This document shows positions 61,620 to 64,000 of a DNA stretch of 64,000 nucleotides, one piece after another. Numbering within the stretch: position 1 is the first letter of the stretch; each line of letters opens with the position of its first letter. A program made the position numbers and the translations under genes. A model generated the notes under the pieces. That model was not told the origin of the DNA. It did no database searches and was given only the letters and a program-made list of their open reading frames with translations. The stretch spans positions 32,180,001 to 32,244,000 of the forward strand of contig CM059433.1 in assembly GCA_030390025.1 (NCBI GenBank). The letters run 5' to 3'. Source of the stretch: Squalus acanthias (Eukaryota).

Positions 61620-62769
61620 AAAATGTGGCAAAATAGCAAAGGCCTGTCAAAATAGGATTATAGAGGCCCTTAATGACTATTTAAGGGTCTTAACTACCTC
61701 TCCCGACTGATGGAGGCAGGACCGAATCATACCCATCAAACCCGCCTCCAGCAAAATTGCGCAGAGGCATGTTGGAGGCGGGTTCCAAACCCTCCCTCAC
61801 TTTTTGCGATTTTGCCAACTGTCCCGTCTCCAAACCCGCCTCCTCGGGGCTGGGAAAATCGCCCACTTGTCTCCACTGAAATGTCAATGAGTATTGGCCA
61901 TCTTGCTGCCGGTTGAAAATACACACCCTCCTCCTCTCCTTTTTATTCTTGGCTGCATATAGTGCCACCACTATTCCCTGCAAGAATGGCGATGATTGAG
62001 TCATTCTCCCACCAATCATGCCTGGAGACCTCACTGCAGTAAGTGACTGGGATCGATTTTACGCACTAAATTTGTATTATGTAACCATCCTCCACTCACT
62101 GCATCTTTCTGGAGAAATAATCCTGTTTTTATTGGGAGATGTAATCACCTTGCTTCGTTCATGAGTTCTGATTGCTGTAGTTCGTAGAGACACTTTTTAA
62201 ATAGACTCTGTAGACTGTTTGCTGTAGTGCACTGTTTGAATAGACTCTGTTCATTGAGTAAATAGTTTTGTTTGCGGTAAAATAGACTGTTTGCTGTGAG
62301 TCCTGCTGTAAGTCCCGCCCTGCCTCCAATTCATTGGCTGATACAGTGTAAGTCATTGACTAACACAATGGTGTCAATAGACACTGTCTACTGTTGCTGC
62401 AGCTGCTCCTTATAGATATCTAGGTCAATGCCTCTACTAAGAATTGTATGCCTACATCCAATGTTAGAAGGTGAAAGAGTCCTGTTAGCTAGCACTCACC
62501 TGTGTGATTCTCATATGGACATCTGAAAACTCACTGGAAAAATGTCCCTTTCTATTCACATCTGCATGGTTCATAAGAGTGATACATGGATACATTCAAT
62601 GACACCTTGTGCTTTAGGAAAGTCACCACTGATTAAAGAAACTTTCTGCCTTTCTTGCTGTTGTAGCTCTACAGGAAACTGTAAGTAGGAAACAGAATTT
62701 GAAAACAGGGTATCCCCGATGGCATGGTGGGCTGCAAATTGGCTTAGGCCAGTGACATCCTCCGACAGG

Positions 62770-63000
62770 CAACAACAGCAACTTGCATTTCTGTAGCGCC
62801 TTTAATGTAGTAAAACGTCCCAAGGCCCTTCACACCGAGCCACTTAAGGAGATATTAGGACAGGTGACCAAAAGCTTAGTCAAAGAGGTAGGTTTTAAGG
62901 AGCATCTTAAAAAGAGGAGACAGGGGTGGAGAGGCAGAGAGGTTTAGGGAGGGAATTCCACAGCCTAGGACCCAGGCAGCTGAAGGCACGGCCGTCAATG
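62770..63000 (-). mobile_element. L2 LINE 3' fragment
   Basis: Matches 46195-46445. Confidence 0.8.
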
Positions 63001-63594
63001 GACAGCCTTTGTCGCACAGAAGTTTGAGGCTGTCATAACTTGAACTGCCGACAGGGCAGCAATCATAACTACTGACCGTGTCTGCAGGTCCTGTTTTAAT
63101 AGGTGGCATGTGTCAGTGACAAGTCTCTCTTTAGATACTGCTGCTCTGAGAGTATAACACAGCTAATCCTGGGATAGCACACATTCTGGGGCATATTGTG
63201 TGCACCCTCTGTGATAGCCTCTGTGCCCTTGGGCTCGATAATTCTCTTCCTCCTTTAGCACATCTCTGAAATTGGTACTCACTGCTTGATGCCGACAGCC
63301 CAAACAAGCTGACTGACTGTAAAGGAATCACTACTGAGCTCTCCATCAACTATTTCAGCAACCTACATATATCTAGCCTCAACAGTTATTTTGGCAAGTA
63401 TCACAGAATAAATGTGACGAGTGTCAGCACAAAATAGAGCTTGCCGTTCGATCTAGCCAGCTTTCCTGCAATTGACATTTTACTGGCATTTAACACGATG
63501 AAGAAGACTTGTACAGAGAGGAAGAATACTCCCAAAAATGAGTTAAAAAGGACATCAGCAATTTCAACACCAGTGCTACCAATAAAGGGACATT

Positions 63595-64000
63595 GGGGGA
63601 AAAATTCAGTTGGTTGCGCCTCCCGTTAGCGCCTTAAGAGGACGCTAATGGGGCGCAAAGCATCTGGTGCCCAGGCGCGGCGAAGTTTGCACCGCTCGCG
63701 AAATTAACTAGACATTTTGCGGCGGCGCTAAACACTACCGCCTCGATCTCCTGCACCGGCAGATCGTGACGTCAGTCAAGTGCGCAATGCCCCGGTATCG
63801 CCCCGGAGCGGATATTGAGTGGTGCCCCCTGCCTTACCGCCTGACGCTAGCAACGACAGGTTGAGGGGAGCGTTCTGAAGTCATGAAGGGAAAGGGGGAG
63901 CGCTATTTAAAGGTGACCGCTTCCTGCCTTTTATTGTTGGTGCCATTTTTGAACTACGCATTCTGAGAGAGAGAGGAGAGACTTCTGGAGAGATTCAACG
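63595..64000. mobile_element. Left end of a Harbinger-type element (runs off window)
   Basis: TIR gggggaaaaattc after ATT. Homologous to 46791-47075 (ttagcgcc motifs, gatcgtgacgtcagt, tatttaaag). Confidence 0.8.

Larger units (their letters stand above)
58655..61864. mobile_element. PIF/Harbinger transposon (truncated Myb on +, transposase on -) with nested copy D
   Basis: Right TIR aaaatcgccc ends at 61864. Left TIR not found. Confidence 0.85.

Overview
Eukaryotic, repeat-dense vertebrate DNA. It is most likely from a cartilaginous fish, inferred from DeuSINE/SacSINE1-type SINEs, abundant CR1 and L2 LINEs, Penelope-like elements and Harbinger elements. No host protein-coding gene could be identified, so the window looks intronic or intergenic. 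The long ORFs I could assign are transposon-derived. Main content: (1) five PIF/Harbinger elements with the convergent DDE transposase plus Myb/SANT gene layout, all degraded; the copy at 59.3-60.5 kb keeps an uninterrupted catalytic core. (2) Four copies of a ~830 bp non-autonomous TIR element, each with a conserved 91-nt GT-AG intron-like segment, a covarying hairpin and palindromes, plus other MITE families; readable TSDs are AAA/ATT/AAG rather than TWA. (3) Penelope-like retroelements (RT plus GIY-YIG) with three intact and one decayed minimal hammerhead ribozyme. (4) A ~1.6 kb LTR-like insert. (5) A ~300 bp foldback replacing one end of a Harbinger element. All calls were made by eye, so boundaries are approximate unless TIRs or TSDs are quoted.
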